From IMG/VR virus record IMGVR_UViG_3300020408_000003, positions 1 to 64,000 of that record: a DNA stretch of 64,000 nt. One strand, given 5' to 3'. This document shows positions 35,838 to 46,321 of the stretch, one piece after another. Positions within the stretch are counted from its first letter, which is position 1; every line of letters starts with the position of its first letter. The notes below the pieces were generated by a model, which saw only the letters and a program-made list of their open reading frames with translations, was not told where the DNA came from and ran no database searches. The stretch comes from a virus. The translations under genes and the position numbers were made by a program.

Positions 35838-35849
35838 ACTATATATACA

Positions 35850-36167
35850 TTAAACATCAACCTTTTCAGGCAAGTTTAAAAAATATTCTAATTGCGGATT
35901 TGTTTGTAAAGGTGTTCTTTTTTCAAGCGCTGGTTTTTTACCATCGTGCACCATACAACCAACTTCCAATAAAGTATATTCACCATTACTGGGTGGACCA
36001 TGATTTGCTGTCATATAATCTCTAAGCCCACCTATTAGTTCATTAGTGTAAGTGTTATAATATTTTTGACATTCGTATTGATTTTGAAATTGTAATTTGT
36101 CTGTTATTCTCCAGTCATTTGTATTTTCTGGGTGGAACATAAACAATGCGTATAATACATAGTACAT
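35850..36167 (-). CDS. Small two-Cys protein with hydrophobic N-terminus
   Basis: FQNQYEC...EVGCM; GAGGA RBS. Confidence 0.65.
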   Translation of the reverse strand: MYYVLYALFMFHPENTNDWRITDKLQFQNQYECQKYYNTYTNELIGGLRDYMTANHGPPSNGEYTLLEVGCMVHDGKKPALEKRTPLQTNPQLEYFLNLPEKVDV

Positions 36168-36181
36168 AATATCCTCCTCTA

Positions 36182-36601
36182 TTATGCTCTATTACCTCTA
36201 AGGGCAAAAAATAAACCACCAACCCATAACAAAACATGCAAGTTATCATAAAGTAAAACGTCCATTAAACTTTCTGGTTCTCCTACCCATATTACACCAG
36301 TCATAATACAACAAATAGTAATACCACTAAATCGAGTGACCATGTCACCAATCCAATCAAACTTTTCATTATATAACCAACTTGCTGTTAATACACCACC
36401 AAATAATAAACCTAGACCAGATAAAAATTCACCATACGTTACAAACCACCAAACTAATACAGATAAATCATATGACGATGCTTCATCTGCGTCAACTGGC
36501 ATTTTCATATAACCTTGATGTATGAATACTATTGCTAACGGTATTCTTAATAACCAATGGCTCATACAAAATTCTGGTAGATTTTCAATTAATTTCTTCA
36601 T
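36182..36601 (-). CDS. DoxX family membrane protein
   Basis: LLRIPLAIVFIHQG..K, GEFLSGLGLL, several TM helices. Confidence 0.8.
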   Translation of the reverse strand: MKKLIENLPEFCMSHWLLRIPLAIVFIHQGYMKMPVDADEASSYDLSVLVWWFVTYGEFLSGLGLLFGGVLTASWLYNEKFDWIGDMVTRFSGITICCIMTGVIWVGEPESLMDVLLYDNLHVLLWVGGLFFALRGNRA

Positions 36602-36803
36602 TTGTTAAAAACTCTTTTATATCTGTTATCTTTTCGTGTTGTATTATATTGATAATTAAATTTGTTAAGTCTTGTTCTTTTTTTAAAAAGAATAATTTAT
36701 CAGTTATTTCTTTTAATTTATTTTCGTAATATTCTATTTCTTTTTCCTTACGTAATTTTTGTTCAATTAAATCAGTAAGAAAAACTATTTTCTTATCACT
36801 CAT
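36585..36803 (-). CDS. Hypothetical coiled-coil protein
   Basis: Coupled ORF. Confidence 0.7.
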   Translation of the reverse strand: MSDKKIVFLTDLIEQKLRKEKEIEYYENKLKEITDKLFFLKKEQDLTNLIINIIQHEKITDIKEFLTNEEIN

Positions 36804-37030
36804 AACTTAGTACAAAAATTCCTTAAAAACTTACAATCAACTTCACCCTTACATACTTTTTCATGCTTAGCATTTTCCCAACAATCGCCATCAGGCACGT
36901 GCATCTGCACAAATATGTCCCAAGTATTTAAAGATGAAAATAATAACATTGCTGGAAACACTAACATAAAAAATACAATTGTTAGAAATGCCCAACCAAA
37001 ACCCTCATTATCATATGGTTCATTACTCAC
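36800..37030 (-). CDS. Small membrane protein with Cys-containing C-terminus
   Basis: One TM helix, four Cys. Confidence 0.65.
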   Translation of the reverse strand: MSNEPYDNEGFGWAFLTIVFFMLVFPAMLLFSSLNTWDIFVQMHVPDGDCWENAKHEKVCKGEVDCKFLRNFCTKL

Positions 37031-37226
37031 TTATGCCCATCCTTTCTAAATATTCTGGATATAAGTCTGGATTTCCAGTACCGCCTGTACCATCATCACC
37101 AAAATTACATCTTGCAACAATTAATAAAAATAATAAACTTCCGTATGCAATGTATTTACTAAACTTTATAAAACCAACATACGCTTCTTCAGCCTGTTCT
37201 TGGGCTGCTTTTTTCACATCATTCAA
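37023..37226 (-). CDS. aa3-type cytochrome c oxidase subunit IV-like membrane protein
   Basis: QAEEAYVGFIKFSKYIAYGSLLFLLIVA resembles the CtaH pattern Q..TF.GFIK...W...I.VL.FLA. Confidence 0.5.
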   Translation of the reverse strand: MNDVKKAAQEQAEEAYVGFIKFSKYIAYGSLLFLLIVARCNFGDDGTGGTGNPDLYPEYLERMGISE

Positions 37227-37244
37227 TTTTTATTTCCTTTAAAT

Positions 37245-37898
37245 TTAAATCATACTATAAAATTCGTGATTAATTATTAAATCTTTTAAAGACTTTTTCA
37301 GTTCTTTTGATTGAAACATTTTATCATAGTATTGCTTAGTTCCTTGTGAGGTATCTTTATCTATATATTGAATTGCATCATTAAATTCTATGACTTGATA
37401 GGGAATTTCATATTCCTTTAATATTTTGATATACTTAACATACATGTCTAAACATTCTGTTTCCCATTTTATAGCATGATCTACTAATGATGGTATATCT
37501 TCTTTTTGAAAATGATGCCAACTAGAATCTCTTGGTTTTGTTAAATCATCTTTTTTCCATACATTATTATATTCTGAAAACATTAAAGATCTTTGTCTGG
37601 CATAAAGATCCTTTCTATAAAGAATAATATGGTTATAATCTATAACTGGAATTGCTTGTCGTAGTTTGTCTAGTTCTTTTAATACTCGAGAAACATTTAC
37701 CATACATTTAAAAGAATATTTTTTAGAAATAATTTCTAATATTCCTCCTTCTGGTAATTTTTTTTGCGCACTTAAAGGTTCATGCTTTTTGTGCATTACT
37801 TTAGCATTGTTTCTTTCTAAATATTTAAAAAAAAATTGACTGGAAGCAGTTCTTGCACTAGCCCACAATATAAAGGGCTTACCACAATTTCGTATCAT
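37245..37898 (-). CDS. Sulfotransferase-like P-loop protein
   Basis: ILWASARTASS, HEP, ILYRKDL..R..S. Confidence 0.65.
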   Translation of the reverse strand: MIRNCGKPFILWASARTASSQFFFKYLERNNAKVMHKKHEPLSAQKKLPEGGILEIISKKYSFKCMVNVSRVLKELDKLRQAIPVIDYNHIILYRKDLYARQRSLMFSEYNNVWKKDDLTKPRDSSWHHFQKEDIPSLVDHAIKWETECLDMYVKYIKILKEYEIPYQVIEFNDAIQYIDKDTSQGTKQYYDKMFQSKELKKSLKDLIINHEFYSMI

Positions 37899-38305
37899 TT
37901 ATTCCCTATATTATATTTTGGACATAATTCCCACTTCTCCTTTTCTTTAAATGGTATGATTTTAATTTGTCTCATCGGAGCTAACGGATCCAACTGTTTA
38001 GTATTTTCAATCGTTATCAAACCCCAATCACTCATAAGTTGTGCAATTGTATTTCTACGCGCAACATCGTTTTCTTCTAAATTAGACTTTTTACCGTCTA
38101 ACAGAAATAACTCTTTAAAGTGTACTATGAAATATCTGCCTTGTTTGTGTAGTATATGGCAAGATTGAAATAATTTATTTTCTTTTCTTGATGCTACACC
38201 AATACGAGTAAGTGTTTCTCGAACCTTTAAAAAATCATCTGGTTCATTCAGAGTAACTTCTAACATCGAGCTAGGCGTCCACTCTATTATATTATTTTTT
38301 TCCAC
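37895..38305 (-). CDS. regA: Translational repressor
   Basis: DFLKVRETLTRIG, QSCHILHKQGRYFIVHFKELF. Confidence 0.97.
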   Translation of the reverse strand: MEKNNIIEWTPSSMLEVTLNEPDDFLKVRETLTRIGVASRKENKLFQSCHILHKQGRYFIVHFKELFLLDGKKSNLEENDVARRNTIAQLMSDWGLITIENTKQLDPLAPMRQIKIIPFKEKEKWELCPKYNIGNK

Positions 38306-38669
38306 CTTTATAAACCTTCTTTCTTAATTCTCCAATTTTATCGGACGAAAGAAGATTATGAACTGCCTTAGCTTGTTTATTACTATATCCATAATACTCT
38401 TTAATTACGTCCAAGTCATTTACGGTTTCTGGTTTATTCCATTTTGAAAACCGCTTTTTTCTTCTAACTATATTTATAAGAAAATCAAATTGTAAGCGAT
38501 TATCGATATGGTGGTTAATATTCATTTCATTTGCCATTATAACGGTATCTTTAAAGTAAGATAATCCTCTATTAATTAAAAAAGAATTATATTGTTTTTC
38601 AGCGATATCATCAATCATAATATCGGTTTTACCGTAATTTATTTCATTTAAAAAATTAAAAGGATTCAT
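38292..38669 (-). CDS. gp62: Clamp loader small subunit
   Basis: INRGLS..DT...NEMN, RKKRFSKW, YYGYS; synteny. Confidence 0.93.
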   Translation of the reverse strand: MNPFNFLNEINYGKTDIMIDDIAEKQYNSFLINRGLSYFKDTVIMANEMNINHHIDNRLQFDFLINIVRRKKRFSKWNKPETVNDLDVIKEYYGYSNKQAKAVHNLLSSDKIGELRKKVYKGGKK

Positions 38670-38675
38670 AGCACT

Positions 38676-38705
38676 ATTATATCATATTTATGATTATTCG
38701 TAAAC
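38676..38705 (-). promoter_or_regulatory. gp62 promoter, leaderless geometry
   Basis: GTTTACG-N17-TATAAT-N6-ATG. Confidence 0.7.
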
Positions 38706-39824
38706 TCTGTTATGTGTGTCATAACATCTCACAAAGGTTGTACATTTTGGAATATCTTTTAAACGTCTAGCACCTATGTATGTGCATGTAGATCTAATGC
38801 TACCTAATAAATCCTGTAAAGTGCTTTTTACTAAACCCTTATAAGGTATTTCAACTTCTTTACCTTCAGATGCTCTGTAATCTTTTAAACCACCAAAATG
38901 CTTTTCATTAGCTAATGTAGAACTCATACCGTAAAACTGCATAGATTTTTTTGTTGTAGTTTTTCGATGTGCTTCTGAACCGCTATTGAAAAGTTGTGAT
39001 TTATTGCTTTCATTACAAACTTGACTTGTAATAAATTCTTTTTCTATTACTTCTCCGCCACCTTCATCGTGACCAGCGAGCATTCCTCCGAGCATGACAA
39101 AGTCCGCTCCTCCGCCCAAGGCTTTAGCGACGCAACCTGGTGTCGTACAGCCTCCATCAGCAATAATAGAAGCGCCAAGGCCATGAGCAGCGTCAGCGCA
39201 TTCAATGGTCGCCGAGAGTTGCGGGAAACCGACTCCAGTCTGTATACGAGTAGTACAAACAGAACCAGGCCCGATACCACATTTAACAACATCTGCCCCA
39301 TTTAAAATAAGCTCCTGTGTCATATCTCCAGTTACAACATTGCCAGCCATAATAATAAGTTCGGGAAATTGTACTCTTAAGGAGTAAATGAAATGACTAA
39401 AAGCTTCAGTATACCCGTTTGCCACATCCACACATAGGTATTTAACCTTTCCGTCTGTCATTTCGTAAACATTTCTGAATTTTTTTAAATCTTCTTCAGT
39501 AGCGCCTATAGACATAATGGTATAGTTAGAAACTGCTTCGCTATCAGTATCAAAATATTCTACTAAAGCATTTTGAGTATATGTTTTTACTAAACAGGTC
39601 ATTAAACCTGCTTTACGTAATTCAGTTGCCATTTCAAGTGTGCCGACACCGTCCATATTAGATGCGATTATTGGTATACCATAAAAGTTTCTATCTTGAC
39701 CTTTAGCGTTACTAAATTCTATTCTTCTAAATAAATCTACTTCTTGTCTGCTTTTTAACGTTGATCTTTTAGGCCTAAACAAAACGTCTTTATAATCTAA
39801 TTTCATTTCATTTTCAATAAGCAT
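38694..39824 (-). CDS. guaC: GMP reductase
   Basis: [43 protein letters not shown]. Confidence 0.95.
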   Translation of the reverse strand: MLIENEMKLDYKDVLFRPKRSTLKSRQEVDLFRRIEFSNAKGQDRNFYGIPIIASNMDGVGTLEMATELRKAGLMTCLVKTYTQNALVEYFDTDSEAVSNYTIMSIGATEEDLKKFRNVYEMTDGKVKYLCVDVANGYTEAFSHFIYSLRVQFPELIIMAGNVVTGDMTQELILNGADVVKCGIGPGSVCTTRIQTGVGFPQLSATIECADAAHGLGASIIADGGCTTPGCVAKALGGGADFVMLGGMLAGHDEGGGEVIEKEFITSQVCNESNKSQLFNSGSEAHRKTTTKKSMQFYGMSSTLANEKHFGGLKDYRASEGKEVEIPYKGLVKSTLQDLLGSIRSTCTYIGARRLKDIPKCTTFVRCYDTHNRVYE

Positions 39825-40243
39825 TAATCAACCCCATATAATTTAAAAAGTGATTTAACATTACCAACATGTTTCCATCTTGTTGGTCCTCTTTGAAATA
39901 CTACCCATTTATAACCCCAAGCACCAAGAGCTTCAGGATAGTGTTCTTGCATATAATCATCAAAACTTTTTCCTGTAGTGTATATATCATCAACAATCAT
40001 AGGCTGATGTTTTTCTTCTCCTGTTGCATATTTTTTTAAGGCATTAGCCAAAGGTACACCACCGCGCGGTATCCCTTCAACTGATCGAAAAGGCATGTCT
40101 TGATATTCCATTATCATATTAGCTAAACAATCCCATTCTTCTGGAGATATGGCATCGCATTCTAATTTAAAATTTAATTCATTACCAGCATGAGATATAA
40201 ATTTACCCCATTCAAATAATTTGGCTTCAGTTCTATGTGGCAT
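39824..40243 (-). CDS. Type I phosphoribosyltransferase
   Basis: GIPRGG, IVDDIYTTGKS PRPP-binding loop. Confidence 0.85.
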   Translation of the reverse strand: MPHRTEAKLFEWGKFISHAGNELNFKLECDAISPEEWDCLANMIMEYQDMPFRSVEGIPRGGVPLANALKKYATGEEKHQPMIVDDIYTTGKSFDDYMQEHYPEALGAWGYKWVVFQRGPTRWKHVGNVKSLFKLYGVD

Positions 40244-40430
40244 ATCTTTTCCTTATTAAGGGTTCAGATGACGTAGAATCAATATAGTCACCGTTTACTA
40301 AAAATCTTCTTTCTACTGTTTCTTTTGTTAAAACTTCATTTATTATTCTGTAAGTGACTAATTCTTGTTTAATAATATTCGAATCATCACGTTCTAAAGC
40401 AACCTTTAAAGGACCGTTTTTTATAACCAT
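40233..40430 (-). CDS. Hypothetical protein (likely start MVIKNG)
   Basis: TAATG coupling with the upstream gene. Confidence 0.55.
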   Translation of the reverse strand: MVIKNGPLKVALERDDSNIIKQELVTYRIINEVLTKETVERRFLVNGDYIDSTSSEPLIRKRYAT

Positions 40431-41050
40431 TATGACCACCTCGGACCAAGAGTCCAACAAACTAAAGATTTTCGAGTGCCTTCAGTTACTGGAGTTACTT
40501 CATGTAATAAAAAAGATGGAAACGCTACAAGAGATCCGGCCTTTAAATTTTCTATTTTTAAAGCAGGTTTACCCTCTTCATCCATTTTACCATACCATAT
40601 TTTTAAATCACCACCTTTATATTCTGAAGGATCATTTAACATAATGCTATAAGATAATTTTCTAATATTATTTGATTGATTAAATACTTTTGCTTCATCA
40701 AGATGCGCTTTAAATTCGCCGCCATTGTGACCGTGATATGTTGTATGTTGAAAAGGTTCCCAACTACTTAAATTAAATAAGTAATGCATTCCATTCATTT
40801 CTTGTAAAAGTCCTGTCATTTTTTGAAATAACCATTCTGTATTTTCATTCGGATGAAACCATTTTATTTCACAAGTTCTATAATCTGATTTTTGATTATC
40901 GCTACTTACTTTAGATTCTTCGGCTTCAATGTCAGAAGCATTATCTTCTATTTTGTCAAGATCTTCTTGTGATAAAAAATCAGATATAGTTACAACATAA
41001 CTATTCCAATCATGGTTATGATTACTTTCTGGCGGGTATATTGAATACAT
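40430..41050 (-). CDS. 2OG-Fe(II) oxygenase (PKHD/prolyl-hydroxylase-like)
   Basis: HLD, RKLS, YKGGDL, FPSFLLHEVTPVTEGTRKSLV.W. Confidence 0.93.
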   Translation of the reverse strand: MYSIYPPESNHNHDWNSYVVTISDFLSQEDLDKIEDNASDIEAEESKVSSDNQKSDYRTCEIKWFHPNENTEWLFQKMTGLLQEMNGMHYLFNLSSWEPFQHTTYHGHNGGEFKAHLDEAKVFNQSNNIRKLSYSIMLNDPSEYKGGDLKIWYGKMDEEGKPALKIENLKAGSLVAFPSFLLHEVTPVTEGTRKSLVCWTLGPRWS

Positions 41051-41988
41051 TATTTAAACTCCACGTTTGCCATAATTTCGGTTAAACAAGCGACCACGTT
41101 TAATTCGTGATCAGCTACAAAAGCATTTTTATATTGATAGTCGGCTAATATAAGAACAACTTGAGGAATGCTTTGCGGTGCGATATGATTTGTCATATTA
41201 TCATATATACCACGAAAAATATACGAAGCATCGGTATCAATATTATTTGCCACCCATTGTCGCATATTTTTAAAATCTTTGTCTTTTATCAATTGTAAAA
41301 GATTTGAAAAAACGTCATGTCCAACAGCATCACTGCCATTCCAATTAAAATTCCCAGTAGCACTATTCTTTTGTAATTCATTTAAAATTCTTCTCCAATC
41401 AGGTGCAAACTTTAATATTAAATCAGCAATCATCATTTTATTATATGTAATATTATTTTCTGATAATATTAATTCACATCTTTTTAAGAAGTCCGGACAG
41501 AGTTCACTTAGTATTTGTTTATTAGTATTAAACTCATAAACTGCACAACGAGAATGCAGTGGCGAAATAATTCTATTTTTAAAATTACAAGTTAGAATGA
41601 ATCTACAGTTATTTGCAAATTCTTCGATAAATCCACGGAGTGCTGGTTGAGTTGATTGCGGATTAAGATAATCGGCTTCATCAAGAATAACGACCTTTAT
41701 ACCACCTTGTAAAGATACCGAACTAGCAAATTGTTTGATTTTACCACGTAATATATCAATATTACCTTCTTCAGAACCATTTATAATAATGTAGTCTAAA
41801 CCTAATTCATTACAAATAGCTTTAGCCACTGTAGTCTTACCAAGACCAGCGGTACCTGTAAACAACATATTCTGTAGTTCACCAGTTTCAATTACTTTTT
41901 GAAACTGTTCTTTTAAATTTTTAGGTAATAAAGTATCGTTTATAGTTTTTGGACGATACTTTTCAACCCATAAAAAATCATTTGACAT
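41050..41988 (-). CDS. gp44: Clamp loader large subunit
   Basis: WVEKYRP, GLGKTT, LDEAD, LHSRC. Confidence 0.97.
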   Translation of the reverse strand: MSNDFLWVEKYRPKTINDTLLPKNLKEQFQKVIETGELQNMLFTGTAGLGKTTVAKAICNELGLDYIIINGSEEGNIDILRGKIKQFASSVSLQGGIKVVILDEADYLNPQSTQPALRGFIEEFANNCRFILTCNFKNRIISPLHSRCAVYEFNTNKQILSELCPDFLKRCELILSENNITYNKMMIADLILKFAPDWRRILNELQKNSATGNFNWNGSDAVGHDVFSNLLQLIKDKDFKNMRQWVANNIDTDASYIFRGIYDNMTNHIAPQSIPQVVLILADYQYKNAFVADHELNVVACLTEIMANVEFK

Positions 41989-42036
41989 ACTTTCACCATA
42001 ATATAATTATAACACATTTCAAATAGAAAGTACATA

Positions 42037-42303
42037 TTAAGAATTAAGAGCTTTTTCCTGTTCTAATTCTTCTACGCCCTGAATAACCTGTATGCATTGA
42101 TCTCTCAATCCGCCTATAGTTGAAAGTTCTTCACCTTTAAACGCACCCCTTTGACACATTGCATCAATGACAGCAACCATACTTCTGCAAGATTTATTAG
42201 CGAGATCTTGTACTACTTTTTCTTTTGCTGCTACCGTATCGATATTATCGACTGTAACTACTTTTTCAGTTGTTTCAACTTCTTTTGCCATATTATACTC
42301 CAA
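42037..42303 (-). CDS. Hypothetical protein
   Basis: IDAMCQRGAFKGEEL..IG motif. Confidence 0.7.
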   Translation of the reverse strand: MEYNMAKEVETTEKVVTVDNIDTVAAKEKVVQDLANKSCRSMVAVIDAMCQRGAFKGEELSTIGGLRDQCIQVIQGVEELEQEKALNS

Positions 42304-42970
42304 ATGTTGATGACTTTTCTAATGCGATCCAATACTTAACATTCATTCTTGGATTCGAAAATTGTGATATTAATTTAGATGATATTTCTACATCATAATC
42401 ATCAGGTATTATTTTAAGATTACTTATATTTAAAATATAATTAAAAACCGTACCTTCTTGGTATTCACCAGGAATATCGATAGAGAAAGTATTAGATGTA
42501 GTATTTTGACTATCGATAACTGAGATTTTAATTGCTCCGTCGCTATTTGCAATAGACACTTCAGTATGTCCTAACGTTGATGCAGCTCTTTTTATTTTAT
42601 CTAAAACAGCAGATTCTAATTTAAATTTAACTTCGCCTTCAGGCATAACAATATCTTTTGATGGTGTTGTAAGCGTATCAATTGCAGAATAAAAATACTT
42701 TATTTTACTTCTACCAGTTGAATCACTGATAGTTAAATATTCATCTTCAAAAGACAGATTGGGTTTATCTACTAAATTAGTAACGCCAATAAATTCGCTT
42801 AAATCGTATATTCCAAAACATTTAGGAAACGTATCGTCAAGTTCTGCGATCGATAATACATTACGAGCTTCACTTATAGTTTTTAGTTTAGTACCTTCTT
42901 TTACTAATATATTTTGATTTATATCAGCAAAATTTTTAAATATTGTCATTGTATTGTCAGAAAATTCCAT
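42293..42970 (-). CDS. gp45: Sliding clamp
   Basis: KNFADINQ, FGIYDL.EF, YWIALE. Confidence 0.95.
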   Translation of the reverse strand: MEFSDNTMTIFKNFADINQNILVKEGTKLKTISEARNVLSIAELDDTFPKCFGIYDLSEFIGVTNLVDKPNLSFEDEYLTISDSTGRSKIKYFYSAIDTLTTPSKDIVMPEGEVKFKLESAVLDKIKRAASTLGHTEVSIANSDGAIKISVIDSQNTTSNTFSIDIPGEYQEGTVFNYILNISNLKIIPDDYDVEISSKLISQFSNPRMNVKYWIALEKSSTFGV

Positions 42971-42995
42971 ATTATAACCTCACTTTTCTATAATA

Positions 42996-43025
42996 ATTAT
43001 ATAACATTTTTATATATTTGTAAAC
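42996..43025 (-). promoter_or_regulatory. gp45 promoter
   Basis: GTTTACA-N17-TATAAT. Confidence 0.8.
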
Positions 43026-43027
43026 AG

Positions 43028-44740
43028 TTAAGCAGCAATCTTTGAAAAGTTTTTTACTTTTGTAAATTCTATTTTATCTTCAAATTTATTATCTAATATT
43101 TCACCTTTATGAGATATGACAAATACATTTGTTTCATCTGGAAGCGTTGTTAATATTTTTAATAAATTTTCTACACCTTCATGATCTAATGAAGAATCAA
43201 AGGTTTCATCTAATATTAACAAATTAGTTGATACTGAATTTTTCATTTTAGCTATTTGACGCCACGTAAACAATAAAGATAAATCTATTCTTTGTTTTTC
43301 ACCTTCTGAAAAAGAATCGTATGTAAAATCATCTCTGTGCCTTGATCTTATAGTTTCATTAAATTCTTCATCTAAATCAAAGTGTACGTAAAAATCTAAT
43401 ACTTGTAAATATTGATTAATTAATGTATTCATTACTGGCAAATATTGTTTTATTATTTTTGTTTTTATTCCAGTATCTTTTAGCATTTCGGCCATAGCTG
43501 AATTGTAAGAATATGTTTCATTTCTCACCATCTTTTCATTATATAAATCAGATTTATCTAATATCAGTTTTTCTAATTGAGACTTTGCGCTTGTTAAATC
43601 GGCAGAAACATCGTTGCTTAAAAAATCTTGATATTCTTGTATACTATTCTGTAATGATCTTATTAAATTATTATTACTATTAATAATCATTTGTCTTTCT
43701 CTTACAGAACCAAGATTATGATTCCAATTATTAATATCTTGTATTATACCTTCATGCTCATCTTTTATTAAAGTTAATCTACTTTGTAAACTTTTTGCTT
43801 CTACTCTTGCTTCTGATAAAGCAGCATCTTTTATATCTTGTGATATATTTTGTTTACATGTTGGGCAGTTATCAGTAGTTTCAAAGAACTTAGCAGTTTT
43901 ACCAATGGCTTTCATTTGAGTTTGAATTTCAGAATTAGCCATCATATTAACGTTTTTTAAATCGTGAAATCTTTTTAGATCATCTTCAATTTGTTTTTGT
44001 TCTTCATCTAATCCATCAGATAATTCTGAATTTTCTTTTTGATGTTGCACTATCTTAGCGTTATATGATTTTATTTTTTCTTCATACTGCTTTTTATTTT
44101 CATCAGTTAGTATTTGAATATCTTTAATATATTTTTTCTGCGTTTCAATTTTATTAGTAGATATATCTATTTTATAATTTAAGTCTTTTAATTCATCTTT
44201 TAATTTAGTCGTTTGTTCTCTTAATATGATATTCATTTTTGAAAAAACATTAATGTCCAGAAGATCCTCTATAACACCTCTCCTGTGTCCAGTTGATAGC
44301 TGCATAAAGGGAATAAATGAGGAGGAACCTAATACAACTACCTGATGAAACGACTTATGATTAAGCTTCAAGATATTTTGTTCAAGGATCTTCTGGTACT
44401 CTTTGGCATGAGAACTTTGATTAATCATAGTGCCATCACGCCAAATCTCAAATGTGTTGGGCTTAATACCTCTTATCACATTATAAACTGATTGACCTAT
44501 CGAAAAATTAACTTCAACAACGCATTCTTTACCGTTAATAGAATTAACAAGCTGTTGTTTATTAATACTTCGATGGGGTTTTCCAAACAAACCGAAAGAT
44601 ACTGCATCTAACATCGTAGATTTACCACAGCCGTTTGGACCAACTATTAAAGTTGATTTATTTTTATTTAAATCTATTTCTGTAAAACTATTACCAGTGG
44701 ATAAAAAGTTTTTCCATTTTACTTTATTAAATTTTATCAT
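43028..44740 (-). CDS. gp46: Recombination ATPase (Rad50/SbcC-like)
   Basis: KNFLSTGN, GPNGCGKST, CPTC hook, FSEGEK, LDETFD. Confidence 0.97.
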   Translation of the reverse strand: MIKFNKVKWKNFLSTGNSFTEIDLNKNKSTLIVGPNGCGKSTMLDAVSFGLFGKPHRSINKQQLVNSINGKECVVEVNFSIGQSVYNVIRGIKPNTFEIWRDGTMINQSSHAKEYQKILEQNILKLNHKSFHQVVVLGSSSFIPFMQLSTGHRRGVIEDLLDINVFSKMNIILREQTTKLKDELKDLNYKIDISTNKIETQKKYIKDIQILTDENKKQYEEKIKSYNAKIVQHQKENSELSDGLDEEQKQIEDDLKRFHDLKNVNMMANSEIQTQMKAIGKTAKFFETTDNCPTCKQNISQDIKDAALSEARVEAKSLQSRLTLIKDEHEGIIQDINNWNHNLGSVRERQMIINSNNNLIRSLQNSIQEYQDFLSNDVSADLTSAKSQLEKLILDKSDLYNEKMVRNETYSYNSAMAEMLKDTGIKTKIIKQYLPVMNTLINQYLQVLDFYVHFDLDEEFNETIRSRHRDDFTYDSFSEGEKQRIDLSLLFTWRQIAKMKNSVSTNLLILDETFDSSLDHEGVENLLKILTTLPDETNVFVISHKGEILDNKFEDKIEFTKVKNFSKIAA

Positions 44741-44928
44741 TTCAACGCCAAAACAAAAAGAATTGCAATTAATAATATATTAGTTAAAATCATTTGTATA
44801 CACAATATTAAGTGATACCAAACCCATCTATGTTTATATAGTGTATGTATATTAACTTTTGTATCAACTTCTTCTGTTTCATTATCTTCCTGTTTCTTTA
44901 AACCAAATATTGTTAACATATCCATCAT
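44737..44928 (-). CDS. Small membrane protein
   Basis: C-terminal hydrophobic helix; coupled ORF. Confidence 0.6.
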   Translation of the reverse strand: MMDMLTIFGLKKQEDNETEEVDTKVNIHTLYKHRWVWYHLILCIQMILTNILLIAILFVLALK

Positions 44929-45986
44929 GCTATCTCTAAAGATTGAGCCTCTGTCATTAAATCGCGCATATTAATTTTTAATTTATCTTTATCTAAATCT
45001 GTATCAACACCATCAATATAATCGTTCATAAGTTTTGGTGTATCATCAACTTCTAAACCTTCATCAGCTATATTTTGACCAACAAATTCAGAAAAATTTT
45101 CTGCTATTTTTAGTTCGTATATATCTTGATTTTGGATTCTATCTACAAATCTATCAAAAGTAAAACTATCTCCTTTATTAACTACAATAATCTTTACAAA
45201 CTTTTTATCTAAATTAGATACCGTATATGTATTATAATTGGTTTTTGTAGAATTGTAAATGATTTTATGAAATAAAGTAAAAGTATTTTGTATTCTTTCT
45301 AGTTTACGAGTTTCAGTGTCTAGAATATGAAAGTATTTTGGATCATGGGCATCAGACCAAAAATATTCTAATGGCGATCCAAGATACCACACATTTCCTT
45401 TTTTAGATGAAGTATGAAAATGACCAGTTATAACTTGTTCGAATCTATCGACGACACTTGGATCCATTCCATGATGATTGGGTATACCTTTTAGCATATC
45501 AAACCCACATAATTCTAAATGAGCACCTAACCAATCTGCTTTACAATTTTGTATAAAATTCATAGACTGTTGATGATTTTCTTGATTAATCCATGGTAGT
45601 AAAGCCATTTTTAAAGAGCCATATTCCATAACAGTTGGTTCCATAATAATATGGATTTCATTCATGTAATGACCGAGTAATTCTTTTAGAGCATTCAAAT
45701 CATTCGTATTTTTATAATAGGTATCATGATTACCGGGTATGATATCCATAGACATACCACGTTTTCTAATTTCATTTAAAAAACATTTTCTATTATGATT
45801 CAATGCTTTAAAGTTTACAAATTTTCTGTGATCATAATAATCACCAAGATGTACTATTTGTTTTATATTATGTTTTTCACACTCCGGAAAAAATATATTA
45901 TCATAAAAATCTTTGGCATTGTCTAAAAATATTTGTGAAGAATTTCTTATACCACAATGGGTATCATTTAATATAGCTATTTTCAT
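44925..45986 (-). CDS. gp47: Recombination nuclease (Mre11/SbcD-like); start 45986
   Basis: DTHCG, HLGD, GNHD, GHFH. Confidence 0.96.
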   Translation of the reverse strand: MKIAILNDTHCGIRNSSQIFLDNAKDFYDNIFFPECEKHNIKQIVHLGDYYDHRKFVNFKALNHNRKCFLNEIRKRGMSMDIIPGNHDTYYKNTNDLNALKELLGHYMNEIHIIMEPTVMEYGSLKMALLPWINQENHQQSMNFIQNCKADWLGAHLELCGFDMLKGIPNHHGMDPSVVDRFEQVITGHFHTSSKKGNVWYLGSPLEYFWSDAHDPKYFHILDTETRKLERIQNTFTLFHKIIYNSTKTNYNTYTVSNLDKKFVKIIVVNKGDSFTFDRFVDRIQNQDIYELKIAENFSEFVGQNIADEGLEVDDTPKLMNDYIDGVDTDLDKDKLKINMRDLMTEAQSLEIA

Positions 45987-46321
45987 TATTTCTTTTGTAC
46001 ACCTTGGCTTATAACACAATATATATTATAATTGAAATGATATTCAAACATCGTATATGTATTTGTTGTTGGATTAAAATAAAATGACATTGGTATTATT
46101 TCCATTTCATCTTGTAATCCATCTTCTGATCTTACTTTAGTTGTTTGTAAACCTTCAAATATTAATACTTCTTTTCTACTACCAGTAGTTTCTTCGGCCA
46201 TTGATCTTTCCATACATAACACTGGTTTATCATTCCATGTCATACCTAAAGATACTGTTACTGTTACTAATACTAAAACTATTACAGCAACTAACATTAA
46301 TATTACGGGAAATTTATTCAT
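45986..46321 (-). CDS. Secreted/membrane two-Cys hypothetical protein
   Basis: Signal-like N-terminus, PVLC...YCVISQG. Confidence 0.65.
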   Translation of the reverse strand: MNKFPVILMLVAVIVLVLVTVTVSLGMTWNDKPVLCMERSMAEETTGSRKEVLIFEGLQTTKVRSEDGLQDEMEIIPMSFYFNPTTNTYTMFEYHFNYNIYCVISQGVQKK

